The notes beneath the pieces are model-generated. The model was given only the letters and a program-made list of their open reading frames with translations, was not told where the DNA came from and searched no databases. A stretch of DNA of 63,985 bases, counting the filler, from Basidiobolus ranarum (Eukaryota), in the NCBI GenBank assembly GCA_040143965.1. It is 5 parts of 5 records of this genome, joined end to end, with 100 filler letters (N's around TTAATTAATTAA, not from the genome) between each part and the next. Parts side by side here need not be neighbours in the genome. Positions count along the whole stretch, not along the records: positions 53,021 to 63,985 come from JASJQH010000650.1; 4 more parts are not named here. The stretch is one strand, 5' to 3'. Below, in pieces: positions 63,501 through 63,985 of the stretch (positions within the stretch are counted from its first letter, which is position 1; every line of letters starts with the position of its first letter). The translations under genes were made by a program, and so were the position numbers.

Positions 63501-63985
63501 CTATTAAACTTCCCTGAGTTGAATTGCTTCTAACCAGTTCAGAATGGCGGAAAAAGAGTTATTCCATTTTAGGCATTAGCATTTGCTAGGATGCTCTCAT
63601 AACGTGAGAGAGAGAGAGTATCACAAACCTAGTATTCATATCTACTCTGCATGATATCTTCCTTTCCAATCTAGGCAATCGTTTACATCAGCATCATCCG
63701 TAGTGGCTTCTCAAGATGTTTGCGGTTGATCTGGAGTGTAGAGTTGCTGTAAACTAGATAATCAGTTTTAAGTTTAGGTTATGATGGGATCCATATGTAA
63801 AATAGCTAGAGCTTATGTCGTAAGCTAACAAATATATGTAAGTACGTGTTGCTGATTATTGATACCCCTCATTCCCCACAGTACATGAACCACCTTCAAT
63901 CAAGCGCTAGATAGTTTCATGCAGGTAATGGCTGCAATCGAAACTACGCGCAGCTTGTAGCATCGTATCCCCTACAATCTAGAAG

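Noticed and set aside
60600-63985. Short ORFs or tRNA genes in the 3.4 kb upstream of PMA1
   Set aside because: No motifs, codon bias or tRNA A/B-box cloverleaf seen; treated as intergenic.

Overview
Eukaryotic fungal scaffold segment with short GT-AG introns of about 55-90 nt. Gene content suggests an early-diverging, non-Dikarya fungus (inference). Five contigs are joined by artificial 100-nt N44-TTAATTAATTAA-N44 linkers. Genes in order: PDR-type ABCG transporter; a spliced orphan with a SERTA/IER-like N-terminus and a C-terminal NLS; the last 33 codons of PEP carboxykinase emerging from a gap (missed by the ORF track); a DH-PH RhoGEF; SGF29; a small secreted Pro/Ala-repeat protein; a GT23/FUT8-NodZ-like fucosyltransferase; PDA1 and LPD1 head-to-head; DBP4; an intron-rich 6TM Kv-type K+ channel; mitochondrial uS14; an MFS transporter; a ~16 kb CpG-poor transposon graveyard; and PMA1. 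The graveyard holds three decayed Ty1/copia copies, one with a half-tRNA-iMet PBS and an apparently shared LTR, two copies of a MITE with a 3-bp AAT TSD, and Gypsy/LINE debris. Most interesting: the divergent pair of pyruvate dehydrogenase complex genes near PCK1, the IER/SERTA-like orphan, the T1-less Kv channel with an altered S4, and the MITE whose removal restores the copia gag frame. All calls are from manual reading; no searches were run.
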